DNA of 64,000 bases from Lama guanicoe. Lineage: Eukaryota. Where the stretch lies: positions 434,001 through 498,000 of the forward strand of contig MU053304.1 in the NCBI GenBank assembly GCA_013239625.1, written 5' to 3'. Positions 50,203 through 61,600 of this stretch are shown piece by piece; within the stretch, counting starts at the first letter, position 1, and each line of letters opens with the position of its first letter. Position numbers and translations under genes: made by a program. Under the pieces are notes generated by a model, which had not been told where the DNA came from, ran no database searches, and worked only from the letters and a program-made list of their open reading frames with translations.

Positions 50203-51826
50203 GCCCGGGGCCGCCGAATGCGCCCCTGACCCGGGAGACCTGGAGTCCTCAGGCTGTACTCGCACCACCGAGCGCGCGCGAGTTGCTCGCCAGTCTCTCT
50301 GGGCCTCTGGACGTCCCTGCTTCCTCCGCGCACAGGCCTAGATACGCGGGAATACGTCTCTGCATTTGGCGGGCAAAGTCCCGCGGGAGGCCACCCCTTA
50401 GTCCGCGGGGCTTTTTCAGTCCCGAAGCCCGAGGCCGTCGGAGACACACTCCAGTGGGCTGTTTATTGCTCCAAGCGGGAAATCACGTTGGAGGAAATCG
50501 AACCACCGCACTGGGGAGGGCCGACCCTCCCCTCCAAACTAGTTCCCGGGCAGGGCCCAGAAAAAGCTGGAGGGAGCCCCTGCGGAGATCCGGGTCCCAA
50601 GCTCCGGTCCTCCGGGGAGTCGCCCCTGGGAAAGAACCAAAGGTGACGCCAGGGCCACAGGGGTTAAGGAGACGCCAAGGTGACTCGCCCCCATCCCCGC
50701 AGGGACAGGAACGCGGTGCGGACTAAGGCAGAAGGATAAAAAAGCGACCCTGCTTTAAAGCGCCCAGTTCCCGCCGATGGTAGACACTCCCCAGGGCAGG
50801 CAGCGGGACCGACGCGGCGCGCAGTAGCAGAGCTGCGCCAAAGGCGCAGAACCTCAAAACCGAGGGTAATGAATCTGCAGCACCGGGCCCCAACAACCCC
50901 TGGAGACCCCCTCGACCCCGCAACGAGCCAACTGCAGCCGCAGGTTTTTGTTCCCCCGCGTAGTCCCCGGAGGTGCCGCACATTCGGTGCCCCTGGGCAG
51001 CCGCGGGGGGCGCCCATCATCGCCCCAGCGCGCCGCTCCTTCACTTTCCGTTTCCTCCCCTCCGGCGCGTGGGCTCGCCTCCTCCTCAGCCAAGCCCGGC
51101 GCCGCTGGTGAATTATTGAAGCTGGGCGGCTGCTCCCGACACACTCCCCGCCAGGATGCCCACCTCCGCCTCCCCGAGGGCGCCCAGGGCGGAGAAGAGT
51201 TCACACCTCTGCGGACACAACCGACGTCGCGGCCCGCCGCCCCACTCAGCCTTATCATAGCTTACTCCAGATAAGCTTCCTCGGACCCACTGCAAGGCGC
51301 GAAATGGAGCGGCCCGGCGCCGAACAAAGAGCAGCGCCGCCGGCGGGAGCTCGCCGCGGAGCCGCCACTGCCGGCAGCAGACCCACGCCCGCACACGCGC
51401 TCCCCCCCAACACTTCCGATTCTAAACGCGCTCGAGTTTCAAAGTTATTTCCGTGAGCCTCGCGGGCCGACGACCCCCAGCCCAGCCCCTCTCCTCCCGC
51501 CGCCACTTAGACGAGTACAAACAAGTTTCGGGAGCTGTGGAGCAGCCTCTCTTCGAGCCGCTCAGCCTCCGCTCCAGCTCCCCCACCCGGGTCCCCGAGG
51601 GCCCCCAGCCCACTCCTCCACGGGCTTCACATTTTCCCGCGGCTCTTCCCGCCCCCCTCCCCCGCACACAAAGAATGGGCTGCCTGGGGACCTAGGCCGG
51701 GGGCTGATAGGCTCCCCGCGGAAGAGAGCAACAGAGAACTCGGGGCACCCGGCTGCCGCGCGCCAAACACTGTTCCGGCGGTGGCAGCGCACGGACCCCG
51801 AAGGGGCGGGCGGCGTCTACCCTCAC

Positions 51827-51871
51827 CTTGGTGGTGATCTCGGAGCTGGTGTCCACGGCCGCGTCTGACAT
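51827..51871 (-). CDS. PTMA: PTMA exon 1 coding part (45 nt)
   Basis: cccatcATG TCA GAC...ACC AAG|gtgagg translates MSDAAVDTSSEITTK, the thymosin alpha-1 N-terminus. Confidence 0.98.
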
Positions 51872-52055
51872 GATGGGCACGCCGGTGATCCGATGCAGCG
51901 GATTAGAAAGAAAGCGAGAGTTCGACGACTCTGGCGATAAAGCTGCCGGAGTCCGCGGCGGCGGCGGAGGAGGCGCGCGGCGGAGGTGGCTGCGGCGAGC
52001 GGAGAGCCGGACACAGGAACAATGCAAAGATGGCTTTTCAGAGCAGCCAGTGGGG
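51872..52055 (-). other. PTMA: PTMA 5'UTR (TSS approximate)
   Basis: ccccactggctgctctgaaaagccatctttgcattgttcc... matches the recalled mammalian PTMA mRNA 5' end, ~25-30 nt below the TATA-like element; no upstream ATG. Confidence 0.75.
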
Positions 52056-52076
52056 AACTCACGCGGCGCCAGAACC

Positions 52077-52161
52077 TTTAATATAGATTAGTGGGCGGCG
52101 CTCAGCCTCCCTTGCCCGAATGCTATTGGCTGAGAGCAGGGAGCGGGCGCTCGCTCATTGG
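52077..52161 (-). promoter_or_regulatory. PTMA core promoter: TATA-like element, GC box, two CCAAT boxes
   Basis: TATATTAAA 52077-52085 (-), GGGCGG 52093-52098, CCAAT (-) at 52125-52129 and 52157-52161. Confidence 0.8.
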
Positions 52162-53401
52162 CTCGATTCCGAACAATGGGCAAGCGTGCTTAAAGCGGCA
52201 GTGCCTTGGTGCGTCCCGCGCTGCGCAGCCGCCGTTCGCACTGTCATTCAGGGCCTGAGTTTGCCGGGTCTCGGCGCACCAACGCCGCGGGGGAGGGGTG
52301 CGCGCTCGCGCTCCGGGGGCGCGCTCCCGCTGCTGTTTTGCTGGGGCTGCTGACGCAGAAAGCCAAAACGCGGCAAAGCAGCCCGCCCAGCCCCCAGTCC
52401 TCACCCCTCCCCGCGGCTGCTCGGAAGGAGGGGGAGGGAAGAGGAGGTGGCGGGCGGCGCACGCGACGGCTGCCAGGAGGGGGAAGGGAAGGCCGGGTGC
52501 TGGGCTGTGCTCGCCCGGGGCGGTGCTCTACACTGTGCCCTTGGAGATGCCCACCTCCCGCCCCTTATAATATGCCACCAAGAACTGCCCTAGCCCAAGT
52601 CAGCGGAAGCCCCACGATGAGCGATGAGGGCGTGAGGCCAGGATCCGCGCACCTGGGTCGTCCCTTCCTCTACTACGTCCACCCCCTTTGCACAGCTCCG
52701 GGCTCCCCGAGTCTTTGGAGAGATGTACCCGTCGCACACCACCAGCCCCGGTGTCTGCCGCCTAAGCCAGCTGACGAGTGGGCTCCGTGCCAAGCACGCA
52801 CAGTGGGGAATTCGTGCGTCGAGGGGACTCGAGGACCGGTGTGGGCTCCGCCCTCGAGCAAAACAGCCCGCAGGCGTCTAACTAAACAGCGGTCCCCACA
52901 TTTCACGATTCTGTACTGCGCCTGCCCCGAGCGGTCACGGCCGTCGCGACAGCTTCTGGGATCCTTCCAGGGCCCGGCCTTCGAATCCCTCTCCCACCCC
53001 ACTTAAGGCGCTGCCAAGGGCACATGAACTTATTCATTGCAAGGGCTATTGAGGGAAAATAATCGTCCCTTAGACTAGTTGGGCTAGTCCTTTGGGGCTC
53101 ATTGAACTTCGGGACGCTACTTAGGGAACCACGCGAAGCCCCGAGAAGGGAACCTTCAAAAATGCCACACTCAAGATGGCGTTGGACTTGGCAAGCGTGG
53201 CGTGACGTGGTGTCCCATCTCACGCAGACGATCCTAGAACCCTAGGCTACAGCCTCCTTATCACCACCGCTCTTGGCTATCGAACTAAGAAACCAGCTGT
53301 GTGGGAGGAAAGATTAAAATAAGTGGAAAGATTTCCCCCCCCTCAAAAAAAAAACCGTGCCACACACAAGATGGCTACAGATAGGGTTCATCCCTGTGTA
53401 G

Positions 53402-53415
53402 CCAGAAGGGGGCGC
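53402..53415 (+). promoter_or_regulatory. Candidate CTCF site upstream of PTMA
   Basis: CCAGAAGGGGGCGC versus consensus CCASYAGRKGGCRS, one mismatch. Confidence 0.5.
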
Positions 53416-55611
53416 CCGACACGGAAGGCGGGACTCCGGAGAAGCGAGCGCACACTGGCTGAGAGTGGCGGGCGAACACAAAGTTGACGCTTTGCGTCCT
53501 GCCATTGGCAGGTTCCGCTGTCTGTCTCTTGAGGCCGCCGTTTTGGGAATGGAGAAAACCCGGAGCCTGGAATCATGGAGGAAGGATGGACGCCAAGGCC
53601 AGCAGTGCTTGAAGTCAGGGGCGGGAGGAGGGACTGAGTAGGTTGCTCTTCTTGGTTTTCTTAGGTCAGGGGCCAAGTGACCCCATTCCCACCGCGAGAC
53701 CCCCCAACTGAGTTCATCACGCACTCGCCCAGCTGCCTCCCGGGACCCCGGACTCCGCTGCCCAGCCGGGAGCGGGTGCGGATTGCTGGGGTGCCACCCG
53801 GGCCTGGGCCCCCTCCCACTCTGCCTATGCCTCGCGCGTCAGTCCTGCATCTCGGTTCACATCTGCCAGTCTGGCTGCTGGCTTGTGGTGGCTTTCCCGA
53901 GCGAGTTGTCCTTTGGGGAGAGAGAAGCCCGGGCTCCCTGTACTTTGGCCGGGAGAAACGTCGGGCAGGTTCTGGGCAGGGTCACCGCGCCCCGTCCCAC
54001 TACTTGGCAGTCGCCATCCTGTCCAGGGTACGCGACGACCGAGGGGGCGCCCGTTGGGTCTCTGCCCTGCCCCAAGGGCTCCCCAGTGGCTAGAGGTGGG
54101 ATTCTCCCCAGGGTGGGGCGCGCGCCAATCCCAGGGACTCGCAGTGGTGTCCCTGAGGACCACGCGTCGAAACCCTTTGTTCGGTCCCCTCCCTCCCGCC
54201 GCCAGCTGCCTTTATTGCGACGCGGACCTGGGGCCGCCGTTCACCCCAGAAGAGGAAGGGACTTTGGCCGCTGCTGCCGCCACCCTTTGTGCCACATTCT
54301 CCAAGTAGTGAAGGGATTCTGCGACATCATAAATAGGGTAGAAGAGCGCCTTCTATCTGCCGCTCATCCATTAAACTCTGGTTACCGTGGAGAGGATTGT
54401 TTAGCCCACAAAACCCGGATGCAGTGAGAGCTTGTTCTGTGCTATATTTAAGCGATTGAGTCTTCTTCCCTGTCTGGATAGTGGCCTTGGGCAGTTGTCT
54501 CTGTGTCTACAGCTGAAAACTGGACATGACTGTTCTAGATTCTGGCCATTAGGGCTGGGAAGCGGGGAGCAAATATCCAGGGAGGAACTGGGTGAGTGTG
54601 AATTTCCCTCTAAGAACTGCTTTGCCTGACCCTGTCCCCGTGCAGCTGACTTTGCTAGAAGTGGGTAAAGAAAGCTCATGCCCACCTGGTTCTAGAACCA
54701 GCGTTTACCTTCACCAAGTACTGACTGAGCACCTGCTGTGTACATGGCAGTGAACCTTTGGCTCATGCTTCAAGCATTTTCATTTATTCTGTGCACCTTG
54801 CAAAGTAGGTAGGACAATTACAGGGTTGAATCATAGGAGACTGATGTTTTTACAGGTCAAAACGAATTGAAAATCGGCAAATACATAGGTTCAAACTCTT
54901 ATATGATGTCACTCTCCGTTTAACAAGTCAAGAAAGCAGACCAAGGGATTATAGCAAGGGATTTGGAGTAACCAAGTGAATCAGTGACCAGGCTGGGGCT
55001 AAAACCCTACAATGGAGGGAGCTGTGTTGCTAGATGAGCCATGGATCAGAAGAGGCCTTGGACCACCATCTCACCACAGGAGTGTGGTGTTTGACAGCTC
55101 ATGAGTGGAGGAGTTATTTAAGCTGTAACGAGCCTCATTCCTCCAGTAACAGGCAACCCCTCACCTCCTTTGCTGCTTTTGAACAGGCTGTTCTTCATGT
55201 CCCCTGTCACTTACACTTACTGATGCATCTCTGCCCTTTGCTGTTCTTGTGGCCTTTCAAACCCCCCAAGACAAACTGGTGTGCCCCTGACTGCATGCAT
55301 TTCCTGTTGCAGTTTTGTTTACAGCCTGAGGTGCCCTGCACTTAGGTTAGAGTTGCTCTAAGCCAGGGGACCCAAATGGCCTCCAAGCAGGTTTTGTTTA
55401 TAGGGAATTTGCATTGAGGACACCTCTGGGTTGCCTACCCAGTCTCAGTTGGACAACAACTGCTGGCCTGAGTCACGCATTTATTTCACTTGCCTGGCCC
55501 TGTAGGCATTTCTGTTTGCAACCCTTGCTCCTAAGCCATTTCCAGTGTATTCCTAATTGGTCATCTCACAGTTTTGATTCCCAAAAGACTAGAAAGAAAA
55601 TAAATGCTGGT

Positions 55612-55800
55612 AAAGCTGCCTGGGTTCAAATCTCAGCCCTGTCGCATGCTAGCTGTGTAAAACTGGGAGAGTTACTTCCTCACCTCTAAAAAATGGAGAT
55701 GACAAAAATAGTACCTACCTTCCAGGGTTATGGTGGGAACTGAACAAGTTCATATTCACAAAGTGCTTAAAATAGGGTCTGGCACATCCAGAAAAACCAT
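55612..55800 (+). mobile_element. MIR SINE
   Basis: CTGCCTGGGTTCAAATCTCAGC...CTAGCTGTGT...AAAATGGAGATGAC...TAGTACCTACCT. Confidence 0.75.
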
Positions 55801-57068
55801 CAGTGTTCTCAGGACCCTATTTCCCAGCTGCTGTCTGTACCTAAGTGGGTTGGTTTCACAGTGTTTGCAGGACTCTGGACAAAGGAACAATGTCTTCAGC
55901 AAATTCTTCCCATATTCGGTGGGAAATGAGGGCACCAGCCTAGCTGAGTTTCTGGAAGCCTATGATTTGGTGCCCAACATGCTTGGCAGCCCCTCTGGCC
56001 TCAGAGGAATGACAGAGTCTGGGAGGCAGCCTGAGTGGAGCAGGCCTCAAAAAACTCCCGCCTTCAGAAACCCAGGAGTTTCAGGCTGTGGTTTCCTTGC
56101 CCAGCATCACAGCCTGGGGAGCTGCCAGAGGCCTTTCAACTCTCCCGCCCTGCCGAGCCCGGATGGGATTGTGTAAGAGCCTCCCCCACACGCCTGCTCT
56201 CTGGTGCAGCACGCCTGGGCCTGCCCATCCTCCCGGGGAGCTATGCCAGAAGGCCCTGGTACCCACACAGGTCTGGCCACCCCAAGAGGCAACTGCCTGG
56301 CAGGGAGAGGGTGGGGAACATCTGTTGAAGTTCAGAGTCTGCCATCAACGGATACCAAACTGGAATCCTGGTTGGAGAGGAGCTGAGGAGGCTGGGGGAG
56401 GTGTGTGTGCTGTGTACACGGCCCCTAACGCCCTCTGAACACACTCGTGCCTCCATGTCTCCGAGAATCTTCTGCGCCTGTGCCGTTCCCCTGTCCCTCT
56501 TCCCTGCATCCATCTGCCTGAGTGCGTGCCTATTTGCTTAGCTCGAGTGGGTGTTTGGCTTAAGCTCTGGTTACCGTTTGTGCGTGCGTGGGCCCAGCAT
56601 CGCCGTAGCAGGTGAAGGTGCCCGTTGGGGGAGCACACGTGCGGGGACACACCTGGTCACCCTGCCTGGGAGTGCCTGTGAGAGCAGTGCACCTGGAGGT
56701 TAAACACCTATATGACCATGAAGAGGCATTTAACTATGCATCTCTACACCTGTCCCCTCCTGCCACCCGACCCCACGTGGAAACCCAACAAAACAAGAGC
56801 CAAGAGCAGACCCCAGCTGAGGATTTATCTGCCCCAGGCAGGCCAAAAATCCCAGCCCAGGTAAGCTTGAAGTTGGGAGAGGCAGGCTCTTTGATATCTT
56901 GAAGCTTCCTCTTTCCTCTTCTCTGTTACGCTCAGATAGTTCTTCTACCTTTCCTTCAGCTCTGGTGGAGAAGCCACCCCCAGGCTTGTTTGGGGGGAGG
57001 TATATGGGATGGGTGACACGCCACTAGCCAGGATTTGCTCACTCTCTCACACTAAAGGGAGTACAGAC

Positions 57069-57161
57069 AAGGTGACCAACTGTCTGGGTTGTTCCAGGAC
57101 CCAGAACTCTTCATGCTACAACCAGGAAACCCCTAGGCACATGGACACATTGTTCACACTG
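57069..57161. mobile_element. MER81/MER94-like hAT-Blackjack MITE
   Basis: Degenerate TIRs AAGGTGACCAACTGTC...GACACATTGTTCACACT. Confidence 0.6.
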
Positions 57162-58252
57162 GTCCAGTCCTTATTCACATGCTGGTAAATGTGACATTTC
57201 TCAAAAAAGCTTTAACACACTGTCAGGAGAAAGGGTCCTATAGCCCTCGATCCAAAAACAGTTCCCCGCTTGGATTCTGCCTCTCTGCCATGGAGAAGCC
57301 GAGGTAACACTGGGAGCATTTGTTTTGCACATGACAGAGCAGAAGGACTGAGGGGCTTAGCGAAGATCACAGAGCAAGCTGGCTATCAGGACCTCTCGCA
57401 CCCGCCGGGGAGGGCTCTCAGCTGCGCTGTGCAGTGATGTCGTGTTTGTGGGAATCCTGTTGGTTTCCAGATTCAGGTGGGAACAAGGGTCTATAGAACT
57501 GGGGGAGAGATTCAGCTTCCTTTCAGCAGTGTTGTGTCATCCAGGAGCTTTTCTGAGAATCGCACAGAGGAAAAAAAGTGTGGCTCTCACTTGGACTATT
57601 CTACAGGAAAATCTCAAAACTGGATGAAACATTACCCCAGAACTGAAACATCACCCCAGGACTCAAACCTCTCCGGGGAAAGGAGAAGAAGGTGGCAGCA
57701 TCTTTTCTAGGAAAGTGTGAGCTGCTCCTGCCTTGATAGCCCGAGAGGAAAGCCAGAGCTCCCGCACCTGAGCTAAGAGCCTCCCCGGGCCTCCTCAGCT
57801 GGGGCGTGTTCTCAACGTGCTGCGCTGTGGCCAGGCCTGGAATTGTGACCATCTGTTGGCTCTCTGCAGCTTTCTCCAGAACAGGCCACTCTCTCTTGTC
57901 ACTTAGGTGCTTGAAGGGTGTTACCTCAAAAGCACCGGCCAGGCACCTCCCCATTCACTTGGCTTCTGGTAAGGTCTCAGTTTCTCCGCTTGCTAAACAG
58001 AGGGAAGAACGTGGTCTAGGTCCCAGGGAGAGGACAGCATGGTTGTGTGTCCCCACTCCATCCTGGGTTGTTCACAGGGCCACTGCGCTTGGAGTTTGGC
58101 CAAGACACCAAACACCAAACTTGGTGTCATGGCCAAACTCTGTTGATCACCTTGGGCATAATCAGTCTCCTCCTGAGCTTCATGTGTTAGGTTGGAGATT
58201 TCCTCAATTAAGATTCTCAGGATGATAAAATGTTCAGAAGTGACCACTACTT

Positions 58253-58380
58253 GGGGGAGAGTATACCTCAGGTGGTAGAGGGCATGCTTAGTATGCACGA
58301 GGTCCTGGGTTCAATCCCTGGTACCTCCACTAAAAATATAAATAAATAAATAAACCCCACCCTCCCAAATAAATAAATAA
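58253..58380 (+). mobile_element. tRNA-derived SINE, vic-1-like, with 14-bp TSD
   Basis: GGGGGAGAGTATACCTCAGGTGGTAGAG...GGTTCAATCCCTGGTACCTCC plus (TAAA)n; TSD AAGTGACCACTACT at 58238-58251 and 58381-58394. Confidence 0.9.
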
Positions 58381-58541
58381 AAGTGACCACTACTATTAAA
58401 CAAGGGGCATTCATGACAGAAGTAAAATGTGTTCTGAATACAGATAAAAGGGAAATCAGAAATTAATGATTAACCTTCATAAGCAGCCTGCATGAAAAGC
58501 TCTCCAAGCAGGGAAGAATGAGCGTAAAGAAGCATCCTGGT

Positions 58542-58683
58542 GGGGAGGGTATAGCTCAACTCAAGTGGTAGACCACATGCTTAGTATGCTTGAGGTCCTG
58601 GGTTCAATCCCCAGTACTTCCTCTAAAAATAAATAAGAAAGAAACTGAATTTCCTCCCCAACCAAAAAAAATTTGAAAAAAAA
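58542..58683 (+). mobile_element. tRNA-derived SINE, vic-1-like
   Basis: GGGGAGGGTATAGCTCAA(CTCAA)GTGGTAGA...GGTTCAATCCCCAGTAC plus A-rich tail; has a 5-bp internal duplication in the A box. Confidence 0.88.
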
Positions 58684-61600
58684 TCCTTAGCTGAGAACCC
58701 CAGCTTAGTTACTAAAGCTTTCAGGGTCCTGGAAGTCTGTCACCTGGCAGTGGTGGTGGTTCTCCACACTCTCTCTTCAGTCCTAGCCTCTCTTCCTCAG
58801 AAGGCCACCAGTGGGAAGGGGGCACTCTAGGGACTGGGGGATCCACTGCTAGGCTGGTTGACACTGCTTCTAAGCAAGTCTCTTTACCCTCCCCACCTTG
58901 TTCCCATCATGCAGACTGAGTGAGAGGGAATTTCTGGGCATGTTGTGTAAGTGTCCCCCTCCCTGCAGGCTGGAGGTAGCAGGTACAGGTCTGGTTGTGT
59001 CCCCACTCGGCGTGGCCCAGTGCCTTACACATCTGACTATACTTCATCAAGAAATGACCATTCAGTTGCTCGGAATTGGGCCCGACGTGCCACTGAGCCA
59101 GCCCCGGGTGTTCACGCCTGCTCCACGCCAGAAGAGAAGAGAAAAATTGAACACACTTCAAACAGTTATGGCAAGATAAGCACCCCGCAGATGGAGAGGA
59201 TGGGAAAGAGCCTCATTTTACAGATGGAGACACTGCGACCCAGAATAGAATCCTGATTTGCCAGTAGAAGGGCCCCTGGTGGGAATAGTGCCCCCCTTGG
59301 CCTGGCTGCTGGGGCTTCATGCCACCCACCCTCCCTCCACTGCCTGACTCAGGCCCTGGCTGATACCAACTCTCAAAATTCAAAGACCAGGGCAGCCCAG
59401 ATGAGTTGGGGTGCTTCCTGGAGCAAGTAGGGCTTCGCAAGAGCCTGGAGTCAGGGTAAGAAGTAAAGGAGAGAGAGCAGGGGCCGGACAGTCTGGGCAG
59501 CTCCAACACGGAAACAAGCTGGGCATGCGCGTGAACAGAAAGTGGGGCTGGAGGGTCAGTGGGAAGAGGGCCCTTCTGAAACCTGATTTGCCCCAACCAA
59601 GCAGAGACATTCATTCCAAATGTGCCCTTCCACCCTGGGGCATGGCTACTGAGCTAGAACCCCACAGACCTGCCCCACCAGGGACACAGCAAGTGATACA
59701 GCTATAACCCAGGACACTGAGACATGAACAGCAGAGAGGCCGGGTGAGAATGGCAGCTCCTGTTTACTGAACAAAGTCTGGGCCAGACATTGTTCTGAGT
59801 TGTAGACCCACATTAACTCATTCAATCCTATGAGGAGGTTGTTGTCTCCACCTTACGAAAGAGGAGACTGAGGCACAGAGTGGGCGGGTGTTGCCCAGAG
59901 TCCATGGCTCAGTCCAGGTGCAGCCCCGGCTTTCAAAGGAAAAGTCACTGGTCACAAGAAGTCCCACCCCCATCAGCCTGGGCCCACCCCCACCTCCTCA
60001 AAGGTCAAGGGCAGGATCTTGGGCTTTCCTTTGTTGACTGATAAGGAGTTTATTTTCACTAACTGAGGGCCTCATCCCCCAGCAGACATCTCTCAGGTTG
60101 CAGAAAGAGCAGAGAAACCTTCCCAGATCAGTGACTTCTGGTTGTGAGGCAAAATTTTTTCTGGTGGGATATGGTGACGGGGTGGAGGGGAGGGAAAGGC
60201 ATTTTGCAACAGTCTGTTGCCAAGGGCTCACCAGAAAGTTAGCCAACTGAAAACTAAGTGCTCCCAGGCTGTTTCATTGAGCTTTTTTGTGACGTCAGTA
60301 GACAATTGGTAACAATGCCTTGAACATTTCTCCAGGCTACCACTGACTGTGGCCTTGCTCTGGACTATGGAAACACAACATTGCACAATATTCCTTTTAT
60401 AGTGACCCACAGGACAAATTTCTCTCTGGCCTTAGCACCAGCAGGGCACTGTGGCCTGGGGGTTAGGAGCACAAACTTCAGGTCCCTCTGCTGTCTCCTG
60501 TGGGGGAAGGCAGGAGCCCATCAGACGAGGGTTCCTGTGACTTCGCGTGTGGGTCCTGGGGCAAGATTTAACCTCCGTGAGCTTCAGTTTTCTCACTGTA
60601 AAATGGGACTCAATAACACCTTCCTAGGACGTCTCCTGAATAACTTGTTTCAGTTTTTCTTTACAGACCCTCTGCTTCTTGTAGCCAAGCCCCTTTCCCT
60701 CTCTGTCTGGGCTGCCAGAAGCCCAGCACCCACCCCGAGGGCACTTCTGGGTTCCAGAGCTCATCCCAAGGGTGATGGATCTCACCCTTCCCTCTTACTT
60801 CCTGCCCTATTTCCCTTAGCCCGGCTTCTTCAGGGATTTTTCTTCCTGTTGGCCTTTAGGTATTTCTATAAACTTTAGAACCAAGGCCTAAACTACAGTG
60901 GTAAATAATTAAACAAGCTGGAGCCGTTTATAACCAAAGCACTTTCTCTCAGGTTCTGCCCTTTAAGCCTCACACCAATCCAGGTAGGTGCTTCATTTTA
61001 GAGAAGAGGAAATGGAGACCCCTGGAGGGAGCTGGTGGGGTGGAGACAGGTCATGCCACGCCATCCAGCTGCCCAGCGCCAGCCTCCCTTGACCCCTGCT
61101 CTGGCTTTATAAGTGACTGCCCCCTGCCCTTTCCCAGCCCTTCCCAGCATCCCACCCTCTCCGGGACTCAGCTGGGTGATGCTGCCCCTCTTTCACACTT
61201 TCCTTCCATCCCACCTCCATTTCCCTGTTGTCATTCTCCTGTCTTTTGGGGGACTTTCCAAGAGATGGTAAAGTTCATTGCATTTTTTAAGGATGAATGA
61301 AAAAACAGCCACCCCTCTCCGTGGTACTTACACCAAATAATTCAGATTTGGCTCTCTCCTCACGTAACAGGCGTGTTCTGAGTGCTGGCACACTGCTCAG
61401 CCCAAGGAAGTACGGTCCAGCCCTCCCAGGAACAAGCCGCAGGGACTCGGAACACGGGGGTATCAGAGCCCCCTTCCCCTCTCCTGGTCTGTCGTCCTGG
61501 GCCTTCCATGGCTGGGCCCAAGTTGGTCCCTCGGAAAACCCAACGGCAGACTTGGAAGAGCCACCACCCAGCCCGGCTCCCCCTCACTCCCTGAACTGGC

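Larger units (their letters stand above)
49350..54300. promoter_or_regulatory. Large CpG island spanning PTMA upstream region, exon 1 and most of intron 1
   Basis: Visibly very GC-rich with dense CpG (GCGCGC, CCGCGG runs) compared with the CpG-depleted remainder; edges approximate. Confidence 0.9.

Noticed and set aside
49299..50447. 382-aa ORF on the - strand in PTMA intron 1
   Set aside because: Lies in an extreme-GC CpG island where stops are rare; low-complexity R/G/A/P peptide, no ATG at the called start and no recognisable domain.
52206..54427. 266-aa and 214-aa + strand ORFs antisense/upstream of PTMA
   Set aside because: Same GC artefact: overlapping ORFs in most frames, non-ATG starts, no domain.
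58253..58330. tRNA-like sequences (also at ~300, 22100, 35560 and 58545)
   Set aside because: These are SINE heads with A-rich tails and TSDs and no intact cloverleaf; not tRNA genes.
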